A stretch of 63,601 nt of DNA, counting the filler, from Octopus bimaculoides (Eukaryota), in NCBI RefSeq assembly GCF_001194135.2. It is 6 parts of 5 records of this genome, joined end to end, with 100 filler letters (N's around TTAATTAATTAA, not from the genome) between each part and the next. Parts side by side here need not be neighbours in the genome. Positions count along the whole stretch, not along the records: positions 10,068 to 23,298 come from NC_068984.1; positions 23,399 to 35,048 come from NC_068988.1; 4 more parts are not named here. One strand, 5' to 3'. The notes under the pieces were generated by a model. The model saw only the letters and a program-made list of their open reading frames with translations, was not told where the DNA came from and searched no databases. Every line of letters begins with the position of its first letter. Positions within the stretch are counted from its first letter, which is position 1. The translations under genes were made by a program, and so were the position numbers. Positions 11,259 through 23,437 of the stretch are shown in pieces.

Positions 11259-12380
11259 TCAACAAAAATCAAATTCTTTGAAAATTGGTCGATCTTCAAT
11301 GGGTGTGTTCAGTTTAGAAAAACGACGGGAAAAGTGATGTCTTGGATGATGTCTTGAGAAATGATCAAATGGTGGTCTGTCATATCTACAATTCCATGTA
11401 AAATCTGCTTTATCTTGGCCTTTTTCAAAACTTTGGTGAAAAGGGCCATGTTGGCCAAAATTTTCTGGTTTGCCAAAATGACGATAGCTATCAAAATGCC
11501 ATTCTTTGGGAGAATAGGAAGAATCATGTTTTTGCCTTGGCATCTGAAAGAAGCTGTTTTCAGATGGGTGACAGTTGTATTCATAATTTGGTCTTTGGAA
11601 AAATTTCGGACCTACAAAGTGATCTGGTCCACCATAATAACAAGGGGTGTTAAAATGACCTCTTGTATGAGATTGCCATGGAGCATTAAATTGCCATGGA
11701 TTCATGAAGTGATCTGGACCTCCATACATAGATGGTGTATTAAAGTAATATGGCGCATCATGACAGTCAAGATAGTGATTTGGTCCACCATAAAAGCAGG
11801 GTACCTCAAAATGATTGCCTCTACCAGGAGAATCATGATGACCTCTCCTGCTGAAAAAAGGAGGAATATCAGAATAGTGTGGTCTTCTAAACTGATCAAA
11901 ATGCTCTGAATGGTTGGGGAAATTATGATTCCCAAAATGCCTCCCCATATGGCAAGAAGAATCGGCATGAAATTCGTCATGTTTACTCCGATTTAGATTC
12001 TCAGTCTTGGAATCTTCACATTCTTTGTCTTTTGAATTGTCCTTCTCATGGCAGAAACAATTAGAATGATCTGGAAAAGTATTCCAGCCACTTCTAAAAT
12101 AGTTAGGATGGCAACAATCATTTTGGTATTGACCAAAAAATCCAGGAAATTGGTGACTCCCTTCAGATATCTGTCTCTCTTTCATTGGATTGCAATTAGA
12201 AAATTTTCCATGCTTCCAAGAGTTACATGGAGTTTTCTTGGATGTATCTTTCTCAGTGTTCTTCTCTTCTGCTGCAGCAGGTATGTTTTCTTTATCAACA
12301 TGCTCTTTGGCATCTGTTACCTTCAAATTTTGGTCTTTGTTGACTTCAGGAATTTCTTTCTTGCCGCTTTTTTCAGCCAT
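11259..12380 (-). CDS. Orphan 373-aa His/Phe/Pro/Gly-rich low-complexity protein with three YGGP(D/N)H repeats; single coding exon
   Basis: Uninterrupted 1122-nt ORF in otherwise ORF-poor DNA. Kozak context ACAATGG. In-frame TAA 9 nt upstream. Polypyrimidine tract + CAG acceptor ending at 12404 (exon starts 12403, 23 nt before ATG). Possible ATTAAA at 11066-11071. About 9% His and 10% Phe but only 4 Leu (hand count). No signal peptide or TM segment seen. Confidence 0.8.
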   Translation of the reverse strand: MAEKSGKKEIPEVNKDQNLKVTDAKEHVDKENIPAAAEEKNTEKDTSKKTPCNSWKHGKFSNCNPMKERQISEGSHQFPGFFGQYQNDCCHPNYFRSGWNTFPDHSNCFCHEKDNSKDKECEDSKTENLNRSKHDEFHADSSCHMGRHFGNHNFPNHSEHFDQFRRPHYSDIPPFFSRRGHHDSPGRGNHFEVPCFYGGPNHYLDCHDAPYYFNTPSMYGGPDHFMNPWQFNAPWQSHTRGHFNTPCYYGGPDHFVGPKFFQRPNYEYNCHPSENSFFQMPRQKHDSSYSPKEWHFDSYRHFGKPENFGQHGPFHQSFEKGQDKADFTWNCRYDRPPFDHFSRHHPRHHFSRRFSKLNTPIEDRPIFKEFDFC

Positions 12381-12636
12381 TGTAAATTATTTTGTATGTT
12401 GTTCTGTAAGATACAATAAAAAAGAAAAATAGAGAAAACAAATATTATAAAACATATTAAACAAAAATATTTTAAATACTGACAATGTACTTTTTCACAT
12501 TGTGAATTTTGAATGTGAGCATGTGCATGTATATGCATGCATACCTATCTAGGGTTAGTTTTCTGTCACTACAGAACCCCCCCACACACACACACACACT
12601 CACAATACTAGATCATGCATATATTTGATGTTTATA

Positions 12637-12960
12637 CAGGGTGCAGTGAATAAACTGTCATTCAAATTATGCAAAACTGAAAATAACAGACATCCTATTT
12701 TAATGTTGACCAAAATTACATGAAAATATCTTGAAATACTAAAGAGTAAATTTATTCAATAAAATCGCCATTGGCTTCAACCATGGCTTCCAGATGACTT
12801 CAGAATCTTCTGCAACTCTTCTGGACGATCTTGTTTAAGTTGGTGAATGCTGCCATAATCCTTGCCATCAGTTCATCTTTGGTGTTACAAGGGGTTTTGT
12901 TGGTCTCTCACTCAACATAATAATCAAGGAGGTTGCAGTCTGGGGAGTTAGGTGGCATTT
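12637..12960 (-). mobile_element. Tc1/mariner (maT/DD37D-like) 3' remnant with TIR; second longer copy at 60860-61490
   Basis: Terminus TA-CAGGGTGCAGTG. The minus strand encodes PPNSPDCNLLDYY..TKDELMARIMAAFTNLNK..EAMVEANGDFIE*. Nearly the same sequence recurs at 60860-61170. Confidence 0.85.
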
Positions 12961-13047
12961 CAGTTAACAAATACCAAAGTTCTAATATTGGAGAGCATAA
13001 AATATCATTTTCATCTGGAGAGAAGCCTTGCACAGTATATGGGGAGT

Positions 13048-13048
<1 letters not shown>

Positions 13049-13120
<72 letters not shown>
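13049..13120. repeat. (CA)n microsatellite; the window has dozens of (CA)n, (TA)n, (TATG)n, (GA)n, (AAT)n, (TAC)n tracts (e.g. 16590-16685, 21325-21390, 24638-24698, 30007-30056, 37500-37568, 56381-56472)
   Basis: Direct sequence. Most N gaps start or end in such tracts, and they generate the low-complexity ORFs in the track. Confidence 0.97.
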
Positions 13121-13122
<2 letters not shown>

Positions 13123-13763
13123 TAAATTAATAAAAAAAAATACTAAGTATGTCTACCTGCTGGAAATAACAGTCAAAACTATTATTTAAATTGCCAAAAT
13201 ACACTGATGATAACTACAGAACTCAGCTGAAGGTAGATCAGGTTAATAAAATCTCCTAACATACATTTAAGCATTTGGACTCACATGGACCAGTTTCTGT
13301 ACTGGCAAAACCACCTTAGCTTCTTTAGCACACGTTACCATGATGGAGACCCCCAACCTATCATTTTGAAGTCTGTGCCACAACTGATACATTTATATCA
13401 TCATCATAATCATTTAACGTCTGTTGTCCATGCTGGCATGGGTTGGATGGTTTGACCAGTGTTGGTAAGCTGGAAAGCTGCACTAGACTCCAGTCTGATT
13501 TGGCATGGTTTTCTATGGCTGGACACACTTCCTAACACTTCAAGAGTGTGATGGGTGCCATCAGCATGAGTGCCATTTGCACAACACCAGTATCTGCCAT
13601 GACTGTGATTTTGCACAGCTTGATGGGTCTTATTCTCAAGCACCACATAATATCAAAGGTCTGTCATTGCCTCTGTGAGGCCTGATGCTCGAAAGGAACT
13701 CAGCTACAGTGCACAAAAGCAGGGCAGATCTTCGGCCTCAGTCACGAGACCCTTGCCTGAACC

Positions 13764-13818
<55 letters not shown>

Positions 13819-13827
13819 CATGAGTGT

Positions 13828-14110
13828 GTGAAGGCACATAGCTCAGTGGTTTGAGCGTTGGGATCACAATTATGAGGTATGAGGTAGTGAGTTTGATTCC
13901 CAGACCAGGCTGTGTGTTGTGTTCTTGAGGAAGACACTTTATTTCACATCATTCCAGTTCACTCAGTTGTAAAAATGAGTTACGATGTCACTGGAGCCTT
14001 TCTCTTGGATAACATCAGTGGCTTGAAGAGGGGAGACTGGTATGCATGGGTGACTTGTCCAGACTCGTGCAATCTATGTGCAATCCCATGATCATTCATG
14101 ACCGAAGGGG
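13828..14110 (+). mobile_element. SINE family C (tRNA head, cttgagcaagacacttt domain); other copies 37790-38070(+), 45035-45245(+), 46870-47090(-), 47850-48120(-), 48885-49165(+), 51500-51805(-), 53700-54050(-), 62418-62800(+), 62915-63225(+)
   Basis: In copy 62418: A box TGGCCCAGTGG and B box GGTTTCGATTCC. Shared blocks ccagt(c/t)cactcagctg..aaaatgagt and gctgttccgttgatcg..ctgg.accctcgtcgtcgt. Confidence 0.85.
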
Positions 14111-14119
14111 TTCTTTACC

Positions 14120-14171
<52 letters not shown>

Positions 14172-15743
14172 TTGAGCCCTTCGCTCCCTAAAGAGCATAG
14201 GCCATCTATGACAACTTTCCACTGTTCTTGACTCTGGGTTGTCCTTTCTCTCTTAGGTCTTGAATTGTTTTGAATTGTCTCAGGTCTTGAATTAAGTTTA
14301 CTTTTCATTTTAGCTAGCCAGGTGTGTTGGAACTCTGTAAACCCAGTGTTACCCCAGAGAAGAGGAAGTCCATATTAATCTGACATCTGCCCAGCACTTC
14401 ACTGGCATAGCTCTTATGATCACTGTCACACACAAGCCATCATATTAGAACAAGGACTGGATCTTGTGATAAAGACAAATATTTTAATACTCTATATCAA
14501 GTGCAAACAATAGTCACAAAAGATACAGTGGGATCATTAGCTGATGGATAGCCAACAACTTTTAATGGCATAAATGTTGAGGTGTCATAAGTAGTTGCAG
14601 CATTAATGTAACAAAGTCTATGAATTACTCATATGGTTCACTCAGAGTAGTAAACAATTTCTGTTAACTAGGTGACCTAATTATTACTGGAATATAACTA
14701 TTTGTGAATATATCGAAGGTAGACTAACAAAATAGGGGAGGAAATTTTAGGGGCTTTTGTGGTTGTTAAGTCCCACATCTGCCCTAGGTAAAGAAACAAA
14801 CCTATGATTAAAAACATTCTGTTCATGACTTTACAATCTCTCTCTGAAGACATGGTATATCAAGGTCTACACCATTCAATATGTCTATTTATTTTTTAAA
14901 GCTATTTGGGTGTGATTTGAGAGAAATTTGATAGCTATTTGTGAATAAAAAGTGTGGCTTAAAATACATTATTTTGTTTTTTTTTACATCTGGTTTTCTA
15001 AGCTTTAGCTCTAAAGTTGACAAACTACATTTTAATTCTCTGTGACACATTTTCCAGCAATAATCTATTGATAAATAATTGGTTGAGAATATATTTTATT
15101 GAAATTATGTACTGGTTATATAAAAAGAGCAAAAATTTACATTAGTAAAGAGCTGGGAAAGTAAGAAATATCTAATATGTTGACAAAAGTATTTTACTAT
15201 AGAATGAAGGGTAACTTAGGTTATTTTTGAGGCATTGACACCTGCTATAGTGGCCCTTGAGCCAATAAGAGAGTGTCCAGGCAGTCATTTCAACTGCTTG
15301 AAACAGAAGTCATTAAATCTTTCTTAAATTGCAAAAAAACATTTTTAAACAAAAGGAAGTATGTAGACCTTAGTACACTAATATATATGATGTAGAACTA
15401 GACAAAGCAGTTGTTAGTGTTGTTGTGATTTTAGCCTTCATAAGCAAACATGTGGTCAAAGGCTTTTGAAAAGATCCAGCAGTTATTTAGGTAAGCCCTT
15501 TGCTTGTTATGGAGAAGAAGTCATGGATGACTTTTCTCCACTATTCTTGACTCTGGGCTGTCATTTCCTTTCACAAGTCTTGTTGGCTTTGAATTTTTAT
15601 TGATGCTTCTGTAACTTTGCTTTTCTTTTCCTGGGTAGGGGTGTAGGCCCTACACAAACCCATTTTACCTAGGAACAGGTAGTTCATATTGTTCAGGTTT
15701 GCATTATTTGACCTTTCTGGATTTTTATTCCTACCAAATGCAT

Positions 15744-16450
15744 TGAGTAGAGATATTGCATCAAGTTTTGCCAAACATTTGATGATACTCCAGCTCATAC
15801 CACCCAGAAGAGTCAGCAGGCCTTTGGTGACGATGCCATGGACAGAACTCAGATCAAGGACTGGTACAACTGCTTCAAACATGGCAATGTCTCAGTGGAG
15901 AGCAAGGCATGCTCAGGCATGCCATCCACAAGCCAGAAGGAAATGATGATTGAGATGGTTCAGCAAATAGTCATGGAATACCCTCATGTAAGAAATCAGA
16001 AAATTGCTCACAAAGTGGGAATAAGCACGGAAACAGTGAATTCCATTTTAACAGAGGATTTGTGCATGCAGAGAGTGTCAGCAAAATTCATCCACAAGGC
16101 ACAGACAGAGCAGCAGAAGAAACTTCACATGGAAATCATTCAGGACATACTAGACTGTGCAAACCGCAACCAAGACTTCATGAAGACTGTCATTAATGGT
16201 GATGAGACGTAGGCTTGTGGTCTCTGCTCAATGAGTTCAGTCATCTTGCATGAAAATGAAAATCTGATGAGCATGCACTACACCTCTGTACTCTAAGCAG
16301 AGCAGCTAGGAACTGATGCGGCCTACTGGTGCAAACATTTTCATGCATGCACAGGAAGGGTGGCATGACCTCTTGCTCAAAGGATTTTGCCCATAAAGCA
16401 TCAGTTTTGGTGGTAAAAAATAAAATTGGATACTTTTTGGACACACTTTG
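15744..16450 (+). mobile_element. mariner transposon remnant (HTH region to GDET, internally deleted, right TIR)
   Basis: RYCIKFCQ..QQAFGDDAMDRTQIKDWYNCFKHG..IAHKVGIS..LCMQRVSAKF..VINGDET*. The 3' end aaaattggatactttttggacacac..TA resembles a mariner TIR. Confidence 0.88.
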
Positions 16451-16487
16451 TATATATATATATATGTGTGTATATATGTTTATCGTT

Positions 16488-16590
16488 ATTCAGTTTATTT
16501 CAAGTTTCTTGCCAATAGTGAAAGAACCAGTTTCTAACCTAGATCCAAAGCTCCTTCATTAGAATTTCAACATCAACAACAGGGTATTTT
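16488..16590. repeat. ~110-bp dispersed repeat abutting (TATG)n; second copy 28765-28875
   Basis: Shared tatttcaag.ttc.tg.caatag.gaaaga.c.gtttctaacctagatcc.a.gctccttcatt.ga.ttt.aaca..aacaacagggtatttttgta, followed by (TATG)n in both copies. Confidence 0.8.
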
Positions 16591-17989
16591 TGTATGTATG
16601 TATGTATGTATGTATGTATGTATGTATGTATGTATGCATGCATGTATGTATGTATGTATGTATGTATGTATGTATGTATGTATGTGTGCAGATTTGTATG
16701 TTTTGCTTTATGTATGTCTTCTCGTGCATATACTTGCATATCTAGACATGCTCATATCATATTTAAATGATAAACTTCTGGAAAGTTTTACAGATTTTTA
16801 CAGTTCCAGTAATGGATTGGATCTGTAGTCTTCGAATCAGCTTTCTCCATTCTGGTTTTGAGAAGCCTAATTTCTCAAGATTGGTATTTAGGCAGTGTGT
16901 TACATATCCCAAGGCCCCAATAATTACAGGTATAAACCTGAACTTGTAATCTGGATAGAGTAACTAGATTTCTCAATAGTTCAGCATAGGTGTTCTCTTT
17001 TTCACTGATCTTCAGCTTTATAATGTCTGTCTGTCTGTCTGTATGTATGTGTGTGTATACATGTTTATGTAAATAGTTATATATCCACATATATGTACCA
17101 ACATACATACAAATATATAACATATATACGTACATGCATACATCAAAGTTTCAGAGATGTCTCTCACACCCTGTCACAAAAATATGTAAATAAGCAGATT
17201 GTCTTTCTCCCAATATCAAAATTATCTCTATCAATCCCTCTGTTTATAGCTATAATTAACATAGTGAATTGTTTTTAAATTTGGAATAATGAGAGTTAAT
17301 TATACATACTGATTAATTGTCTAAACTGACCAGTTTAACAAGAGTAGGAGGAGCTGAGTAGACAAAAATAAACAACATTTATAAACTAAAATACTAAAAC
17401 AAAAATATTACTAAGGACATCTATTAAATTTCTTTTCTCTACAAATTACTGAAATGAAAAGCTGTTATGCAACTTTTTTTTTTGTCAAAGACAAAAACAA
17501 GAACAAGTTGTGTAACTCATGACAACAATCATCACAACCATCAATATCGACCACCACCACCACCACTACCACTAAGACAACCTTTATGTGATCGATTCAC
17601 ATACAGGTTACGGCAGCTGTCAAACCTCTTTCGTATCATGTTGTACCATTCAAAAAAAAAATGGAAGGTCACATAGGACAGTGTAGGTATTATAAAAGAT
17701 ACACCAGCAGCAGCAACAGCAATAATCTACCCACCACAATTTCATTGTTGCTTGCAATGAGTTAATAAAGTTTATCCTAAAACACACACAGACATATCAA
17801 GTGTTTGACTGTTTGTTCTGGACCAGATCTTTGACGAAGATTGGGTTTGCTGTATAAACCTGTATAGGCTAAGGTGGTCAGGGCAGTTGGGGTAGTAAAT
17901 ACACAGGCTACACTGGGTGGAACACACCCAAGCTAAGCCATTGAGTTGATACAGCAAATTTGTATATTACTCATGTTATTTATTAGTAC

Positions 17990-18660
17990 CTGCCCATGGT
18001 GTTTTATTTTGGTTTACATCTGATTACAATGGGATGACTGCTCAAGTGTTTCTTGTGAAAGAAATGCATTACACTCATAAGAGGTCCATCTGTTGCCAAC
18101 ACCTTCAGTATGTCCCAACTGATGATGCACAGGCAAATACTGAAGCTGTAGGATCTGCAGAGATTCATGAATGGTGAGCAAGTGTGATAGACGTTTGCAA
18201 ATCACGTCTTCCTCCAGCTCAAGTCTTTGACAGAGCTACAGTACCAGGTTGCACAAAGGGTGAAACTGGGGACCTGGAATCTGGAATGTTGTTAGGTGCT
18301 CATAGTTCACAACAAGTTGGGTAATGTGAGTGGGAAGTACATCAACCCTTACATTCGATGGAAGGTTAGTGGTAGGCAAGAGCTATGGCATTCTTTGGAA
18401 GACTGGGCAGCTATCAAAAAAAAAAAAAAGAGACAAAACTGCAGAGCTTATTCTAGGAGAACTTAAGTATAGGAACTGTAGATAGCTTCCTGAAATCTCT
18501 GACTTATTAATGCCACAGAGAGTGGGCATTGCTGGTTTGAGATAAACTTCATAGATATGGAAGTACCATCAACTGGTCCTGTTTGAGATGTGTGCAGAGC
18601 AATTAAAATATTCTGCACATACGTTTAGTTTGTTAGTTATGTCCAAACAACTATTGTGCT
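17990..18660 (-). mobile_element. Possible heavily decayed CR1/Jockey-like LINE RT-region fragment
   Basis: Frameshifted minus-strand pieces (AHSLWH, PTTNLPSNVRVDVLPTHITQLV..IPGP, ADPT..SICLCIISWDILKVL) loosely echo the CR1-type FWH / PS..DI.IT..V..PGPD / DP.NYRPISLLSIISKILE segments. Judged by eye only. Confidence 0.4.
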
Positions 18661-20841
18661 GTGTATGACGGATCCAACTAATAGACAAATACATCATGAG
18701 GATTTCCATGCCAATTATCTTCTCTAGTGAAGGTGACATGCTTGCACATAGTACACTCTACAGAAAACGAATGGAGAATACATAGAGAGAGGAAACTCTA
18801 GTTTGTTTTGTTTAAGACAACCTTGTCAGTGGTGATACCACAATGAAATGCACTCAATAAAACTTTTTAGGATGGCTGTTGTTAGGAAAGGAATCCAGCC
18901 ATAGAAACCAAGCCAAATCACAAGTAAAACTGAGGTTTTCTGACTTTCTAGTTTAGTAGTTGTTCTGAATAAGAAATGACAAATCCAATTCAGGAACAGC
19001 ATGGAAAGCAAATACAAAATACTGCTGATGTACACAAGTGTGCATGTGCATACACACACACACACATGCAGATACATACATACATACATACATACATACA
19101 TACATACATACACATATGCATATATACATGCATACAAGCATCCATGTATACATAGATAAGTCTTGTTATTATCTGTCTAATGATAAGGAACATGGTTAGG
19201 TCAATTAGATTATAAAAGTCAAAGTGTTGGCACTGAGTGTCAGGAAGTTTTAAAAACACTGAGTCTGACAAAACACATTTTGTTTTGTCTCAAAAGTGTT
19301 TTCATACAAAACAAAGCTTGCTGTGATGGACTTGTTGTTTTCATCATTTTAAACACATACACATAAAGGCAATATAATATAAACATAAAACAATATATTG
19401 GATTATGGAATGCTAATGCTCATACTTCATAAAGCTTATATAACTGAAATATGTATGTCTGTGTGTGTGTGTATATACATATAAACACACACACACATAT
19501 ACATTCACGTACACATTTGCAGGTTTTGTTAAATGCTGACGCATTTACGCTATCTATTGCAAATACTTTACTATATTTCACCTGACCTTATTCAACGTTA
19601 TTACTAAATGAAAAAANNNNNNNNNNNNNNNNNNNNNNNNNNNNNNNNNNNNNNNNNNNNNNNNNNNNNNNNNNNNNNNNNNNNNNNNNNNNNNNNNNNN
19701 NNNNNNNNNNNNNNNNNNNNNNNNNNNNNNNNNNNNNNNNNNNNNNNNNNNNNNNNNNNNNNNNNNNNNNNNNNNNNNNNNNNNNNNNNNNNNNNNNNNN
19801 NNNNNNNNNNNNNNNNNNNNNNNNNNNNNNNNNNNNNNNNNNNNNNNNNNNNNNNNNNNNNNNNNNNNNNNNNNNNNNNNNNNNNNNNNNNNNNNNNNNN
19901 NNNNNNNNNNNNNNNNNNNNNNNNNNNNNNNNNNNNNNNNNNNNNNNNNNNNNNNNNNNNNNNNNNNNNNNNNNNNNNNNNNNNNNNNNNNNNNNNNNNN
20001 NNNNNNNNNNNNNNNNNNNNNNNNNNNNNNNNNNNNNNNNNNNNNNGAGTGTGGCCATTGCCAGTACCGCCTGACTGGCCTTCGTGCCAGTGGCACGTAA
20101 AAAGCACCCACTACACTGAGTGGCTGGCATTAGGAAGGGCATCCAGCTGTAGAAACTCTGCCAAATCAGATTGGAGCCTGGTGTAGCCATCTGGTTTCCC
20201 CAGTCCTCAGTCAAATCATCCAACCCATGCTAGCATGGAAAGCGGACGTTAAACGACGACGACGATGATGATGATGATGTATATACATGTCACATGTATA
20301 CACACATATACATTCACGTACACATTTGCAGGTTTTGTTAAATGCTGACGCATTTACGCTATCTATTGCAAATACTTTACTATATTTCACCTGACCTTAT
20401 TCAACGTTATTACTAAATGAAAAAAAAAAAAAANNNNNNNNNNNNNNNAAAAAAAAACACTTCATGGATTCAAATTTCCCCTAGATAAATTTCTGCAAAA
20501 ACATTTTGTCCTTGAAAAATTTTATTTTTCTAGAGCTAAGTCAGAGAGAGAAATGCCATGCCTTAAACTCTTTTGCACGCTTCCAAAGACGAAATACAGA
20601 TACCAGATCTCAGTGCTTACAACAAATTTTTCTCTGCTAATGTACGCAAGAAGCAGGTAGTTTTGATAAAATAGTTGATAAAATACTCTACTATTATATT
20701 GTATTAGTTAGTTTAGTCCTAAAAATAACTTTTGGCTTCAAGTGCTAGTTTCATGATAGCACATGTAGTGGAGTTAAGTTGAAGTTAATTATGACACCAT
20801 AACTAGCTGAAAGTTATGGCAGGACTAGTGTTGCATGTAAA

Positions 20842-20886
<45 letters not shown>

Positions 20887-20897
20887 CAAATGTTTGT

Positions 20898-20936
<39 letters not shown>

Positions 20937-21288
20937 GATAATGATGCACCATGTATGTATACATATATATATATTTGCCTTCGAAACGCAGAGTAGTTGA
21001 AACAGGGACAACTGACGAAGGGGTATACTCTTTATGTTGCATGTCTCGTTTCTTGTTTGTTTTTTCGTTGTTCGAAAAATGTTCGTTTCCATGTTTTCGT
21101 TTCTCATTATTTTTAACGTTTTTTTGATGTCCTATACCCATATATGCATGTATGTGTACATATAGATGTAGGTATGTACATATATGTATGGATATATGCA
21201 TATATTTATATATTATTTATATTATTATACATATATATATATATGTATGTATGTATGATAGATAGATAAATAGATAGATAAAGAGGGC

Positions 21289-21397
<109 letters not shown>

Positions 21398-21549
21398 GGT
21401 CTAATAGATAATAGTCTTGCTAGATGTCAATGCATGATATACAAAAATATAAACCAATTTCCATGTACTGAATTTTTAAACTGTCAAACATTTAATGTGT
21501 TACTTAATGCATGTACATTTTGCAAGTAATGTATGTTTGTGAGAGTGTA

Positions 21550-21587
<38 letters not shown>

Positions 21588-21767
21588 TGCATGTGCGTGT
21601 GTGTTTACATGCAACTCCAGTCCTATGGTAGTTTTTAGCCAGCAATGGTTTAAGTCATAGTCAAGTTTAACTTAGCTGCACTACAAAGTCTTAGTATATG
21701 ATGTGTATGTGTGTATAACATTATCAACAAAATTTTGACTGCCTCCTTTCTCTCACTCTCTCTCTCA

Positions 21768-21800
<33 letters not shown>

Positions 21801-21994
21801 ACTATAATTATAACTATAATTATAAACTGCGGTTTAAACAATAAATTACCTGCCTCTGGATACCCTCTAATGAAGACGGTACCCACACAAGTAATTCCCA
21901 GGTGTACCTCCGGATTTAAACATCCCCTGGTTGCTTGGATACTTCAGACTACCCCTGAAAAATTGAAGCAATCCTATCATTTACCTATATATAT

Positions 21995-22027
<33 letters not shown>

Positions 22028-23398
22028 GTTTAACGTCCGCTTTCCATGCTAGCATGGGTTGGACGATTTGACNNNNNNNNNNNNNNNNNNNNNNNNNNNN
22101 NNNNNNNNNNNNNNNNNNNNNNNNNNNNNNNNNNNNNNNNNNNNNNNNNNNNNNNNNNNNNNNNNNNNNNNNNNNNNNNNNNNNNNNNNNNNNNNNNNNN
22201 NNNNNNNNNNNNNNNNNNNNNNNNNNNNNNNNNNNNNNNNNNNNNNNNNNNNNNNNNNNNNNNNNNNNNNNNNNNNNNNNNNNNNNNNNNNNNNNNNNNN
22301 NNNNNNNNNNNNNNNNNNNNNNNNNNNNNNNNNNNNNNNNNNNNNNNNNNNNNNNNNNNNNNNNNNNNNNNNNNNNNNNNNNNNNNNNNNNNNNNNNNNN
22401 NNNNNNNNNNNNNNNNNNNNNNNNNNNNNNNNNNNNNNNNNNNNNNNNNNNNNNNNNNNNNNNNNNNNNNNNNNNNNNNNNNNNNNNNNNNNNNNNNNNN
22501 NNNNNNNNNNNNNNNNNNNNNNNNNNNNNNNNNNNNNNNNNNNNNNNNNNNNNNNNNNNNNNNNNNNNNNNNNNNNNNNNNNNNNNNNNNNNNNNNNNNN
22601 NNNNNNNNNNNNNNNNNNNNNNNNNNNNNNNNNNNNNNNNNNNNNNNNNNNNNNNNNNNNNNNNNNNNNNNNNNNNNNNNNNNNNNNNNNNNNNNNNNNN
22701 NNNNNNNNNNNNNNNNNNNNNNNNNNNNNNNNNNNNNNNNNNNNNNNNNNNNNNNNNNNNNNNNNNNNNNNNNNNNNNNNNNNNNNNNNNNNNNNNNNNN
22801 NNNNNNNNNNNNNNNNNNNNNNNNNNNNNNNNNNNNNNNNNNNNNNNNNNNNNNNNNNNNNNNNNNNNNNNNNNNNNNNNNNNNNNNNNNNNNNNNNNNN
22901 NNNNNNNNNNNNNNNNNNNNNNNNNNNNNNNNNNNNNNNNNNNNNNNNNNNNNNNNNNNNNNNNNNNNNNNNNNNNNNNNNNNNNNNNNNNNNNNNNNNN
23001 NCATTGCATTGTGGAGATTTTAGGCTACTGCCTTGAAGTGTTAAGCCGAAGACATAAACTCCAGTCCTGATCTTTTTTTTATTTTACAAGTCTGTTACTT
23101 ATTCCATCTGTCTCTTAGACCAAACTGCTAAGTTATGGGAACAAAAACAAACCAACACTGGCAGTCAAGCTGTAGTGAGGGACAAACACAAAGAAACACA
23201 CACACATGCACACGTATGTATGCATGTACACACGTACACACACACAGCACCTACCCACCCACACACTATAAATGCACATTCATATTTGTATGCGTACANN
23301 NNNNNNNNNNNNNNNNNNNNNNNNNNNNNNNNNNNNNNNNNNTTAATTAATTAANNNNNNNNNNNNNNNNNNNNNNNNNNNNNNNNNNNNNNNNNNNN

Positions 23399-23437
<39 letters not shown>

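Noticed and set aside
11361-11909. 182-aa plus-strand ORF (and 12048-12419) overlapping the orphan gene
   Set aside because: Antisense shadow of the His/Phe-rich ORF; no independent splice or start signals noted.
12970-13050. QSSNIGEHK..SGEKPC resembling a C2H2 linker
   Set aside because: His/Cys spacing is wrong and there is no second finger; likely chance at a transposon/microsatellite junction.
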